Assembly (NCBI GenBank): GCA_947176385.1
Contig: CAMWQN010000002.1
Coordinates: 8,245 to 72,244 of the forward strand
Reading direction: 5' to 3'
Source of the DNA: an uncultured Rickettsiales bacterium
GTDB taxonomy: Bacteria > Pseudomonadota > Alphaproteobacteria > Rs-D84
DNA length: 64,000 bases
Of the stretch, positions 1 to 8,242 are shown in pieces. The notes under the pieces are model-generated. The model ran no database searches. It saw only the letters and a program-made list of their open reading frames with translations, and was not told where the DNA came from. The position numbers and the translations under genes are program-made. Position 1 is the first letter of the stretch; every line of letters starts with the position of its first letter.

Positions 1-135
1 GAAATGGCTGCAATCAAAAAAGCCATTGAAAAGAAACAGGGTAAACCTGCTGCACCAGCGAAAAAGCCTGCACACAAGCCAAACCGCAGCGCACGCTTGG
101 TTAAAAAGGTCGAAGCAAAATCAGCCGCAAAATAA
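1..135 (+). CDS. 3' end of a CDS with a Lys/Ala-rich C-terminal tail; partial, function unknown
   Basis: Frame 1 is open from the window edge to TAA at 133-135. It translates to ..AAIKKAIEKKQGKPAAPAKKPAHKPNRSARLVKKVEAKSAAK. Confidence 0.4.
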   Translation, partial: EMAAIKKAIEKKQGKPAAPAKKPAHKPNRSARLVKKVEAKSAAK

Positions 136-152
136 TTGATGCGGACGGTTTT

Positions 153-237
153 GGCCCCGTGGCGGAATTGGTAGACGCGCTTGACTCAAAATCAAGTTCT
201 GCGAGGAGTGTCGGTTCGAGTCCGACCAGGGCCACCA
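153..237 (+). tRNA. tRNA-Leu (anticodon CAA)
   Basis: 85-nt cloverleaf with a long variable arm. Anticodon loop is CUCAAAA with CAA at 187-189, T-arm is GGTTCGAGTCC, and the CCA end is encoded. There is one C-A mismatch in the acceptor stem. Confidence 0.85.
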
Positions 238-243
238 GAAATG

Positions 244-271
244 AAAAAAATCGGGTTTATCTCGATTTTTT
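244..271 (+). terminator. Intrinsic terminator after tRNA-Leu
   Basis: AAAAAAATCG-ggtttatct-CGATTTTTTTT hairpin followed by a T-run. Confidence 0.6.
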
Positions 272-286
272 TTATTTCTGGTGTTT

Positions 287-327
287 TTTGTTTCAGATTC
301 TCGAACCGACACGGTTCAGTCCGACCA
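287..327. repeat. 41-bp perfect direct repeat, copy 1, containing a degenerate tRNA-Leu T-arm/acceptor 3' segment
   Basis: TTTGTTTCAGATTCTCGAACCGACACGGTTCAGTCCGACCA is identical at 587-627. GGTTCAGTCCGACCAG resembles the tRNA segment GGTTCGAGTCCGACCAG. Confidence 0.9.
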
Positions 328-586
328 GTAATCGGGTCCCACAAAATTGTTAAATTTTGTGGGTGATTTGCCACCAGAATAAACAAGAAAATGTTCCCTT
401 GTGGAACGTTTTTTTGTTTACATTTTGATTGCCTGTGTCGAACGAAGAACCGACACTATCGGTTCGGGACGATAGTTGGCAAGAACAAGCAATGCGCAGT
501 TCGCGCCTTACGTGTCGTGAGCAAGCACCGCCAGGCGCGTTTGCACAGCGTGCAATGCGAACAATCCGACCAGGACATTTTATCAA

Positions 587-627
587 TTTGTTTCAGATTC
601 TCGAACCGACACGGTTCAGTCCGACCA
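587..627. repeat. 41-bp perfect direct repeat, copy 2
   Basis: Identical to 287-327, exactly 300 bp downstream. Confidence 0.9.
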
Positions 628-692
628 AGACATCTTTACCATAGCCCTCCTATCCTCAATCCAGAAAATATGACACTATTAAATTTTATCGG

Positions 693-721
693 TTGTTTTT
701 AATCAAAACATAAATTATACT
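693..721 (+). promoter_or_regulatory. Sigma70-like promoter TTGTTT-N17-TATACT
   Basis: TTGTTT at 693-698, a 17-nt spacer, and TATACT at 716-721. The same TTGTWT-N17-TATAAT design precedes the paralogous leaders at 22819-22847 and 41138-41166. Confidence 0.55.
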
Positions 722-739
722 TTCCATTGAACCAAGCAT

Positions 740-971
740 GGATGACTGGGTTCGGGACCTGAAAAATCCCATATAGAGACGATGCGGGTAATTACCATCA
801 TCGTAATCCGACACTACGTCGGTGCATTATTGCGCCGTTGTTTTATGAACCCGACTGTATTCCGGTCGGGGGTCTGTGATTATAAAACAGGACACGTCCA
901 AAGGTCACAGGGGTCATTTCTCTATATGATTTTTTCAATCCCCGACCGCCGGTTTTCATGGCGGTTTTTTT
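740..971 (+). promoter_or_regulatory. Structured 5' leader L1 with terminator/antiterminator architecture
   Basis: P1 is TGAAAAA (760-766) paired with TTTTTCA (931-937). Hairpin X1:X' is CCCGAC (850-855) with GGTCGGGGG (864-872). X2 CCCCGACC (940-947) overlaps the terminator ACCGCC-N9-GGCGGT plus T-run (945-971). Confidence 0.6.
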
Positions 972-1003
972 AGTAATCAATTTACAAACGGGGGAATAAT
1001 AAA

Positions 1004-1699
1004 ATGAAGAAAACTCAATTGATTATCGTATTGGCGGCTATATTCATAACCGTGTCACACACCAAATTATACGCAGACGCCTGTACAAACCTGGGGGCAA
1101 CAACCGGTGCCACATGTTACACTGGCAATCTGGCATCAACAAACATACGGACAGCTACGAACTGTACCAGCGCATCATCAGGATGCACATACAAGGCATG
1201 CAGTAACACTTGTCGTTGTATCAGCACCGCATGTCCATCAAATACAACTAATTGCTCTAGCACCACATGCAACCCAATATGGGGCGACATAGACAGTTCT
1301 ACACATATTCAAACCGGCACCAACCGCGAGCCAGACACATCCAACAACTGTAAATGCGAAAATCAAACAGACATCAATGGAAAGGTAATAAATGTATATC
1401 GTTGTGCGTCTGGATATTATGACACCAAAACAGGCATACAGCTTATTGGCGGCAAGCCATCATGCGAACAATGCCCATCACTGGGAAACAATAATGTCCC
1501 AGGACAATCTAATACAGGTGTAACAAGCAATCCAGCCAACAAAGGCATTACATCATGCTATATCCCATATAATACGGAAATAACAGATAATACCGGCACA
1601 TACATATTCTATAAAACCGGTATTCTTGCTACCAGTGGTGGATGCAGCTATTCAAATATTGGTGGGACTATAGATATGCCACAACTGCCAATGCCATAA
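1004..1699 (+). CDS. Small secreted cysteine-rich protein, paralogue of 21885-22580 and 40216-40890
   Basis: N-terminal signal peptide and many Cys residues. It carries the shared C-terminal module CxxGYY..C.QCP...SCYIP..DNTGTY..C.YS. Confidence 0.8.
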   Translation: MKKTQLIIVLAAIFITVSHTKLYADACTNLGATTGATCYTGNLASTNIRTATNCTSASSGCTYKACSNTCRCISTACPSNTTNCSSTTCNPIWGDIDSSTHIQTGTNREPDTSNNCKCENQTDINGKVINVYRCASGYYDTKTGIQLIGGKPSCEQCPSLGNNNVPGQSNTGVTSNPANKGITSCYIPYNTEITDNTGTYIFYKTGILATSGGCSYSNIGGTIDMPQLPMP

Positions 1700-1815
1700 C
1701 CATTATCCCGCAATTGCGGGATTTTTTACGACTTCTATCCTGTTAATTTGCGGTTGACATTATTTGCGCAATTTTACTATGATTTAACATATATCACAGC
1801 GGGGGAACCATAATT

Positions 1816-2547
1816 ATGACAAACCAATTTCACAGAAACTTGAACCGAATGGCGCTGTTTACGGCATTATTGGCAATTGGTCTGATACTGTTTCGGGCAC
1901 AGTTTCTGCAAATTGCGATATCAAACCTGTATCTGAATGGCGTAATCATTGGCGTTACATTATTTGGAATTGGGCTGTGCTTTGTCGAAATGTTTAAATT
2001 ATTGCCAGAATACAAATGGTTACGCGCATACGCGCGCGGTCGCCGTCGCATTGAATTGCCGCCCCAGTTATTGCGTCCAATTGCAATCATGTTGGCATCG
2101 CGTCCACGTCAGATTTCTGCATCTGGCTTAAACAACATGATGGATATGGTTTTATTAAGAATGGAAGATTCACGTGAATCAATCCGATACATAACAAACA
2201 CCCTGATATTCCTGGGATTATTGGGTACATTCTGGGGATTGATTTTAACCGTTGGCGGATTTGCAGATTTGATGGCAAATCTGAACTTTAATGATGAATC
2301 TGTTATGCTGGCAATGCAACAGGGATTGTCCAAACCATTGGCAGGCATGGGTACCGCATTTACCAGTTCGCTGATGGGACTGGGCGGCAGTTTGACCATC
2401 GGCTTCCTGGGATTACAGGTACAACTGGCACAAAATTCAATATTTAATGAATTAGAAGAATACTTTGCTGCGCACACACGCGTCGCCGCGCCAACTGAAT
2501 CTGTGGATATATTCACAGATGTGAATGTGGAATCTGCACAGCAATAA
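1816..2547 (+). CDS. MotA/TolQ/ExbB-family proton-channel protein
   Basis: Four predicted TM segments. Motifs LGLLGTFWGL and GMGTAFTSSLMGLGGS are typical of the MotA_ExbB family. Confidence 0.75.
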   Translation: MTNQFHRNLNRMALFTALLAIGLILFRAQFLQIAISNLYLNGVIIGVTLFGIGLCFVEMFKLLPEYKWLRAYARGRRRIELPPQLLRPIAIMLASRPRQISASGLNNMMDMVLLRMEDSRESIRYITNTLIFLGLLGTFWGLILTVGGFADLMANLNFNDESVMLAMQQGLSKPLAGMGTAFTSSLMGLGGSLTIGFLGLQVQLAQNSIFNELEEYFAAHTRVAAPTESVDIFTDVNVESAQQ

Positions 2548-2577
2548 GTATAAAAACTGAGAGAGAGGAAACACACA

Positions 2578-3690
2578 ATGCTAAATATACGTTTTCGCAA
2601 CCAGACAAACACATGGCCGGGCTTTGTTGACCTGTTTTCAAATTTGGTTATCATTTTGATATTCTTGTTAATTGTGTTTGTATTTCTGTGGACAACAACC
2701 AGCGTATTTAACAAAAGCACCGGTGCAAAAACCGTTGCGGAATTAAAGCAAACAAATGCTGCCCAGGCTGAAAAAATCGAACAAATGGTCGCAGACGAAG
2801 AAGAAGCAAAACGTCTGTTAATCCTGGCACGCAAAGAACTGGAAAATCTGGAAACAAACAACGCAGCACTGAACACAGAAATCCAAGAAATGGATTTAAG
2901 TATCGAAGATTTGATTTCTGCATATGAAACCAAGGTTGTCGAACTGCAAACCCAGGGCACCAATATGCAGCAAACAATCACGGCATTAACCGAACAATTA
3001 AACCAGGCAAAATTGGATAAACAGCGTGCATCCGAATTGGAACAGGAACGCAAGCAATTACAGGATGAAATGAACACCCAGCGAATGGCACTGTCTGACC
3101 AACTGGCAAAATTGCAAGCGGCATTGGATGCAGCCGAAGAAAAATCCCGCAACCAAGAAGTTGAATATGTCGAAATGTCAACACGCCTGAACAAGGCATT
3201 GGCGGACAAGGTTGCAGAATTAAACAACATGTCAAAATATCAGTCGGCATTCTACAAGGCTATCAAAGAAGCATTGGGCGACAACAGCGCCATTAAACAA
3301 GAAGGCGACCGCTTCGTATTGCCCAGTGATATTTTGTTCAGCAGTGGTTCATACACCATTTCACCCGAGGGTAAAAATCAACTGCGCATGATTGCGAATG
3401 TTATCAAGAATCTGGAAAGCGAAATTCCATCTGACGTCAAATGGATTATCCGTGTTGATGGGCACACAGATTCCAAGGCGGTAATCCCAGGCACACGTGG
3501 ATACAGAAACAATTTGCAATTATCATTATTGCGTGCAACCGCAGTTGTTGATGAATTGGCACGTGCGGGCGTCAATCGCAACCGTATGTTACCCAGTGGA
3601 TTTGGCGACCTGCATCCATATGCACCAGGCAACACGCCAGCAGATTTGCAAAAGAATCGACGCATAGAATTACAATTAACCAATCTGTAA
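2578..3690 (+). CDS. MotB/OmpA-like protein with a long coiled-coil linker
   Basis: N-terminal plug/TM region is WPGFVDLFSNLVIILIFLLIVF, with Asp preceding the TM as in MotB. A Q/E/L-rich coiled coil of about 200 aa follows. The C-terminal OmpA-like peptidoglycan-binding motif is RVDGHTD..NLQLSLLRA..NRRIELQ. Confidence 0.75.
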   Translation: MLNIRFRNQTNTWPGFVDLFSNLVIILIFLLIVFVFLWTTTSVFNKSTGAKTVAELKQTNAAQAEKIEQMVADEEEAKRLLILARKELENLETNNAALNTEIQEMDLSIEDLISAYETKVVELQTQGTNMQQTITALTEQLNQAKLDKQRASELEQERKQLQDEMNTQRMALSDQLAKLQAALDAAEEKSRNQEVEYVEMSTRLNKALADKVAELNNMSKYQSAFYKAIKEALGDNSAIKQEGDRFVLPSDILFSSGSYTISPEGKNQLRMIANVIKNLESEIPSDVKWIIRVDGHTDSKAVIPGTRGYRNNLQLSLLRATAVVDELARAGVNRNRMLPSGFGDLHPYAPGNTPADLQKNRRIELQLTNL

Positions 3691-3724
3691 AATCCACCGC
3701 CCCATAACAGGGGCGGTAAATTAT

Positions 3725-3752
3725 TTGCAAGCCCTGTTTTTTATGTTATAAT
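3725..3752 (+). promoter_or_regulatory. Promoter TTGCAA-N16-TGtTATAAT (extended -10)
   Basis: TTGCAA at 3725-3730 and TGTTATAAT at 3744-3752. The same TTATGTTATAAT string recurs at 15818-15829. Confidence 0.55.
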
Positions 3753-3784
3753 TCATATTGCAACGGGAAACCGGCGCATGGGTG

Positions 3785-3912
3785 TAAGAACCCACAAACG
3801 AAAATATTTACTCCACTTTATCGGTTGGAGGGCTGTGATATATCTAAATAAGCAGCACTATACGTTTGTAGTTCTTAACCTCCAGCCGTTTGGTTTTTAC
3901 CAGACGGTTTTT
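3785..3912 (+). promoter_or_regulatory. Structured 5' leader C1 upstream of an HTH gene
   Basis: P1 is TAAGAAC (3785-3791) paired with GTTCTTA (3871-3877). X' is GGTTGGAGG (3823-3831). X2 CCTCCAGCC (3879-3887) overlaps the terminator CCGTTTGG-N6-CCAGACGG plus T-run (3886-3912). Confidence 0.55.
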
Positions 3913-3943
3913 GTTTAATCAAAAAAAAGATGGAGATAAAGAA

Positions 3944-4270
3944 ATGACACTAACAATCAATGCACGAACAATCGGATTCGCCCTGCAACGTGCACGACAC
4001 AGTACATCAATATTGTCAGACGATGTGGCACAATTGCTGAAAATATCACGCGCTGAATTAACCCTCTTTGAAAATGGCGAGGTTGAAATTCCCCCACACA
4101 TCCTTGAATCACTGTTTGCATTGGGCTTAATAACAATGCACACACGTTCCAGAATACGGGACTATAACCGCATGGCACGACAATGGCGACATATGCATAA
4201 CCGCGCAATTGATTTGCATAATAAACTGCAAAAAATTACCGACGCCACCAGCCCAATATTAAAACAATAA
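3944..4270 (+). CDS. Small XRE-like helix-turn-helix protein
   Basis: Start chosen at the ATG with GGAG RBS; the ORF track begins at 3890. HTH-like segment is ILSDDVAQLLKISRAELTLFENGEVEIP. Confidence 0.6.
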   Translation: MTLTINARTIGFALQRARHSTSILSDDVAQLLKISRAELTLFENGEVEIPPHILESLFALGLITMHTRSRIRDYNRMARQWRHMHNRAIDLHNKLQKITDATSPILKQ

Positions 4271-4276
4271 CACCAA

Positions 4277-4298
4277 AAATCCCGCAATCGCGGGATTT
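4277..4298. terminator. Bidirectional intrinsic terminator between convergent genes
   Basis: AAATCCCGC-aatc-GCGGGATTT. Confidence 0.65.
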
Positions 4299-4323
4299 CA
4301 TAAACGAAAGAAATTACAATCCC

Positions 4324-4707
4324 CTACTCTGTTATTTTTTCTATGTAATTAACATCAACTTCGGTCGTCCACAACCCACGGTCAACATCACCATACAATT
4401 TGACAGTATCCTGTGGTGTGATTGTGATTCCACGCCAATTGTCATCATCAATTTCAACAGTAATTGAATCCGCAGAATCTTTGAACAGATACTTTTCATC
4501 GCCAACACGTTGAACAATATACCCCTGTAATACAACAGGCGTGTCATCCCGCATTTCTTTGACCTGGGTTACAGTAACAACTTCATTATTGCCACCCAAA
4601 AATCCGCCCGGTCCTGTGGCAACGGTTGTAATTGTTTCTTGGAATTCAGCATGGGCTGCGCCAACAGATAAAATCGCCCCCAGTACAAACATTGAACATT
4701 TTTTCAT
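4324..4707 (-). CDS. YgiW/BOF-family periplasmic OB-fold protein
   Basis: Signal peptide present. Motif VVLQGYIVQRVGDEKYLFKDSADSITVEIDDD is typical of the bacterial OB-fold (YgiW) family. Confidence 0.7.
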   Translation of the reverse strand: MKKCSMFVLGAILSVGAAHAEFQETITTVATGPGGFLGGNNEVVTVTQVKEMRDDTPVVLQGYIVQRVGDEKYLFKDSADSITVEIDDDNWRGITITPQDTVKLYGDVDRGLWTTEVDVNYIEKITE

Positions 4708-4829
4708 GTATTTTCCCCTTGGTTATCTTGTCTTTATCCGTGCAGAAATATTATAGCACAGGTCAAATTCAAAAGACCTAGGAATGAAATTTTCATAAAA
4801 AAAAATCCCCGGACGCACCGGGGAAATAT

Positions 4830-5678
4830 TTATTTGATAACATGAACATCCATTTGCGGGAATGGGAAATTCAACTTCTTCTTTGGCAGTGTTGCATAAA
4901 TCTGTTCACGAACCGATGCCGCTGTTGAATACATATCAGCATACGACGTCCAGAAACGTACCGTCAAAACAACCGCACTGTCTGCCAAATCAGACACAAA
5001 TATTGATGGCGCCGCTGGCTTGTCCAACACGCGCGGGTCTGCCGATAATATATCCATAATAATGCTACGAGCCCGGTCAACATTATCACCATATGAAATG
5101 CCAATTGTTAAATCTGTACGACGATTGCCACCACGTGACATATTTACAATCACACCACCCGACAATGTCGCATTCGGAACAATCACAACCTGATTATCAA
5201 ATGTCTGGATTTCTGTTGTGAAAATCAGAATTTTTTTGACCACACCAGTCTGTCCACCCGGGGCAATAATTGTATCGCCAACCTTGAACGGTTTAAAGAA
5301 CAGTATTACCAATCCCCCAGCAACATTTTGCATTGTGCCCGACAATGCCATACCAATTGCCAATGCACCAGCGCCCAACGCTGCCGTAATCGCGGTCATT
5401 TGAACACCGACAGTCGTCAGAACAACAACGAATACAAATATCTTGGATATTATGCTGACAAATGACGACAGGAACGATTGTAATGATGGTTCCAATTTCC
5501 GACGTTCCATGCCATTTTTTACAACCTTGGTCAATCGTGCTGACAGCCACAATCCAACCGACAAAATCAGTAACGCCAATGCGATTTTAAAACTGAACCG
5601 CAATGCGCCTTCTATCATCTGGTGCATCAAGTCATGAAAGTTTAATGAAACCAATGGTGATGATGTATCTGGTGTCAT
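4830..5678 (-). CDS. mscS: Small-conductance mechanosensitive channel (MscS family)
   Basis: TM helices are followed by the MscS beta-domain motif FKPFKVGDTI..GVVKKI.IFTTEIQTFDNQVVIVPN. Confidence 0.8.
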   Translation of the reverse strand: MTPDTSSPLVSLNFHDLMHQMIEGALRFSFKIALALLILSVGLWLSARLTKVVKNGMERRKLEPSLQSFLSSFVSIISKIFVFVVVLTTVGVQMTAITAALGAGALAIGMALSGTMQNVAGGLVILFFKPFKVGDTIIAPGGQTGVVKKILIFTTEIQTFDNQVVIVPNATLSGGVIVNMSRGGNRRTDLTIGISYGDNVDRARSIIMDILSADPRVLDKPAAPSIFVSDLADSAVVLTVRFWTSYADMYSTAASVREQIYATLPKKKLNFPFPQMDVHVIK

Positions 5679-5745
5679 AATTTATACCTTTTTTTGTTTT
5701 ACATTACTTGCCCGGCATTTCGCCGGGCTATTTATTATTTCAGGA

Positions 5746-8208
5746 TTACATTACGATATCTTCGCAATCTGGTCCCTGGGTTTGAACATCACAACTTTGT
5801 TTTTTGCCAATGCCCAAGAATCCGCCTTTCTTGGTACAACTCTGTGTAGAAATCGTTGTACACACATGGCATGTACGGTTTTCGCGATTGAATAATGCAG
5901 ATACAGTTTTGGTAACACCACTGCCTGCAGTTGTTGTATATTGCGATTCCATATTTGCAGCCTGGCTCATCAAATCAGACTTCGCCATACCAGCACTGAC
6001 ATCATAACTGATTGCATATGGTGCCGTCAATGGGGTATCAACCGCCGCGGTGCCAACACCGGCACTGCCACCATTTTGTGCAATCTTTTGACACATATAT
6101 TGCGCCTGGTCAGCCGATGCATCCTTGGTCGCATCTGCGATTGCCTGATTCAGTTTCGCATTATAGTTATTTTGCGCCTGACGCAACGCGGACACTGCAA
6201 TCTGCATTTTAACCTGGGTCAACAGGTTCGGGAAACGCCCTGTGGTTTTATCATTTGCCTTGCCCGTGATTTGTGACAGGTTACGTCCATTCACACAGAA
6301 TTGAATTTCTGGATCTTGTTCAATCATTTCAATCGTACGATTGATTGTACCGGCGATATTATTCAATTCTTCTTCGATTGATGACATAATGCCATCAGCA
6401 TTGGCAACATCTGCATTGCGATTGCGTACCTGGGTCAGGTATTCCTGAACACCGATTTCGCCCGGTCCCAATTTAGTTGTATTATCTTCGCCAACATCTT
6501 TTGTGCGACCAGTTGCATCACCCATTTTGATACTGCCGAATGAAATCATACCGGTTACGCGATATATATCACCATCCTTTTGTGAACGCAAAGAACCAGT
6601 TCCCATCGTATCGTCAGTCGCAAAACGGTTGCAATCGGTGGTACTGCCACAAACTTCTTCCATTTTTGCATCAACAATATTTTGACACTGTTCCAATGCA
6701 GCATTATCAATATTCAGATACAGCCCCATCAACATAGAATCCAAATCATCCATTGAAAATGCCGGATTATTCTGTTTGCAAACAACCAGTTTATCCAATG
6801 GGCAAATATCGTGGATATAGTCATAATCCATACCCAAACAATTTTCGAAATTCGGACCGCAACGATTTTCATCGGTAAAGCAATCTTTGACCTCTTGCGT
6901 ACAGGCATCGACACGCATTGCAGCCAATTTATCTTTGACATATCCCCAGATTAACGGTTCCATACGTTCACAAGGATCAATTTCGACCTTGCAAAAACTG
7001 CGCACCATATCCGGACGGGACAAGCATGCGTCCATAGTATCTACACCCTTGCCTACTATATCATCTCTACATGCGGTCTGAATACATTGTGAAATTGTAC
7101 TTAAACATGACTGACGGAATTTAGATTCAGCCTGATTTTCTGCCAGGCGGATTGTTGGCGCAGCCTCGCGCAGGAAAGCCGGCCATACTTCATCACGCAC
7201 GACCAAGCATTGGTCCAAAACATGTTCGCAAATAAAACGCTTTGATTCCAGCATTTCCAACGTTGATGCTGTGATATCATATTTATTAACAGTTGCAACG
7301 GTTGTATTCGCGGTGGACTTTGCCTTTTGATTCTGCATATTTTCCGACGCGATTGTCGAAACACAATTTTCCCAACCATTACCACAGGCATCATCAGTCT
7401 GCATGCACTTTTTAAATTCAACCATGCATTGACCCAGGTTATATTTGTTCGCAGAATCAAAACTTTCTTTTAATGCAGTGCGAACCTCGCCCTGGGCGGC
7501 GGCTAATTCAATTTCTGCCGCAGACTTCTTTTCAGCCAGGCTGTTTTTAAATCCTTCGCAGTCGGACACAATCTGACGTGCATATAATTGATGCAAGAAA
7601 TTTGTATCTTTTTCACAGTTGGCTGGAATTTGTGCCAGGCAAACCTCTTCTGCCGCTGCAAATAATGCAGTACCTGTTTTGGTTGAAATATCGTTTATGG
7701 TTTCTTCATCATCATCGTCGTCATACAGATTGCTGTTAAACAGCGCCATTAAATCTGCACGCTTTTTTGATTTTGTTTCAGCTGCCGATAACTGGTCAAC
7801 CTTTACTAAATTACCATTTTCATCATAACGACGTTCACCAGTAAATATAATATCCGCCTGGGCACCAGCTTTGACCTTTTCCACCTCTATCGTGCGGATG
7901 CGTTCTGCTTCGACCAATATATCCTGGATTTCAGAAAATTCTTTTTCATACTTTGCACTGTCATTACTGCATGCGCAACTGCCACCATTTGTGTTATCGG
8001 CAATACAGAATTGATCCAGACATCCGAAATACGCGTCATAACATTCCTGCTGATAAAGTCCTGTTGCCGTAACCTTGTTACGAACAAAAGTCCCCTTTTG
8101 AATTGCAGATTGTTTTCCGGTATTTTTGGTGGTTGCAGCATAACATGCGGGCATCATAACAATACCCGCAATTATCATAGCAATACCAACAAATGTATTT
8201 CGCTTCAT
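5746..8208 (-). CDS. Large secreted cysteine-rich coiled-coil protein, core family member (820 aa)
   Basis: Signal peptide present. N-terminal motif is CYDAYFGCLDQFC, with conserved Cys pairs (GQCMVEFKKC, CEHVLDQC, RQSCLSTISQC, DACTQEVKDC) and a C-terminal CHVC..C..C tail. Confidence 0.85.
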   Translation of the reverse strand: MKRNTFVGIAMIIAGIVMMPACYAATTKNTGKQSAIQKGTFVRNKVTATGLYQQECYDAYFGCLDQFCIADNTNGGSCACSNDSAKYEKEFSEIQDILVEAERIRTIEVEKVKAGAQADIIFTGERRYDENGNLVKVDQLSAAETKSKKRADLMALFNSNLYDDDDDEETINDISTKTGTALFAAAEEVCLAQIPANCEKDTNFLHQLYARQIVSDCEGFKNSLAEKKSAAEIELAAAQGEVRTALKESFDSANKYNLGQCMVEFKKCMQTDDACGNGWENCVSTIASENMQNQKAKSTANTTVATVNKYDITASTLEMLESKRFICEHVLDQCLVVRDEVWPAFLREAAPTIRLAENQAESKFRQSCLSTISQCIQTACRDDIVGKGVDTMDACLSRPDMVRSFCKVEIDPCERMEPLIWGYVKDKLAAMRVDACTQEVKDCFTDENRCGPNFENCLGMDYDYIHDICPLDKLVVCKQNNPAFSMDDLDSMLMGLYLNIDNAALEQCQNIVDAKMEEVCGSTTDCNRFATDDTMGTGSLRSQKDGDIYRVTGMISFGSIKMGDATGRTKDVGEDNTTKLGPGEIGVQEYLTQVRNRNADVANADGIMSSIEEELNNIAGTINRTIEMIEQDPEIQFCVNGRNLSQITGKANDKTTGRFPNLLTQVKMQIAVSALRQAQNNYNAKLNQAIADATKDASADQAQYMCQKIAQNGGSAGVGTAAVDTPLTAPYAISYDVSAGMAKSDLMSQAANMESQYTTTAGSGVTKTVSALFNRENRTCHVCTTISTQSCTKKGGFLGIGKKQSCDVQTQGPDCEDIVM

Positions 8209-8242
8209 ATTAAGTATTCCTGATATAAATCCGTTGGTTTTA

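Noticed and set aside
2109-3230. 373-aa minus-strand ORF overlapping the MotA- and MotB-like genes
   Set aside because: It is antisense to two ORFs with clear family motifs. Its product is Ser/Cys/Phe-rich and low-complexity, which is typical of a shadow ORF opposite a Q/E/K-rich coiled-coil coding region.
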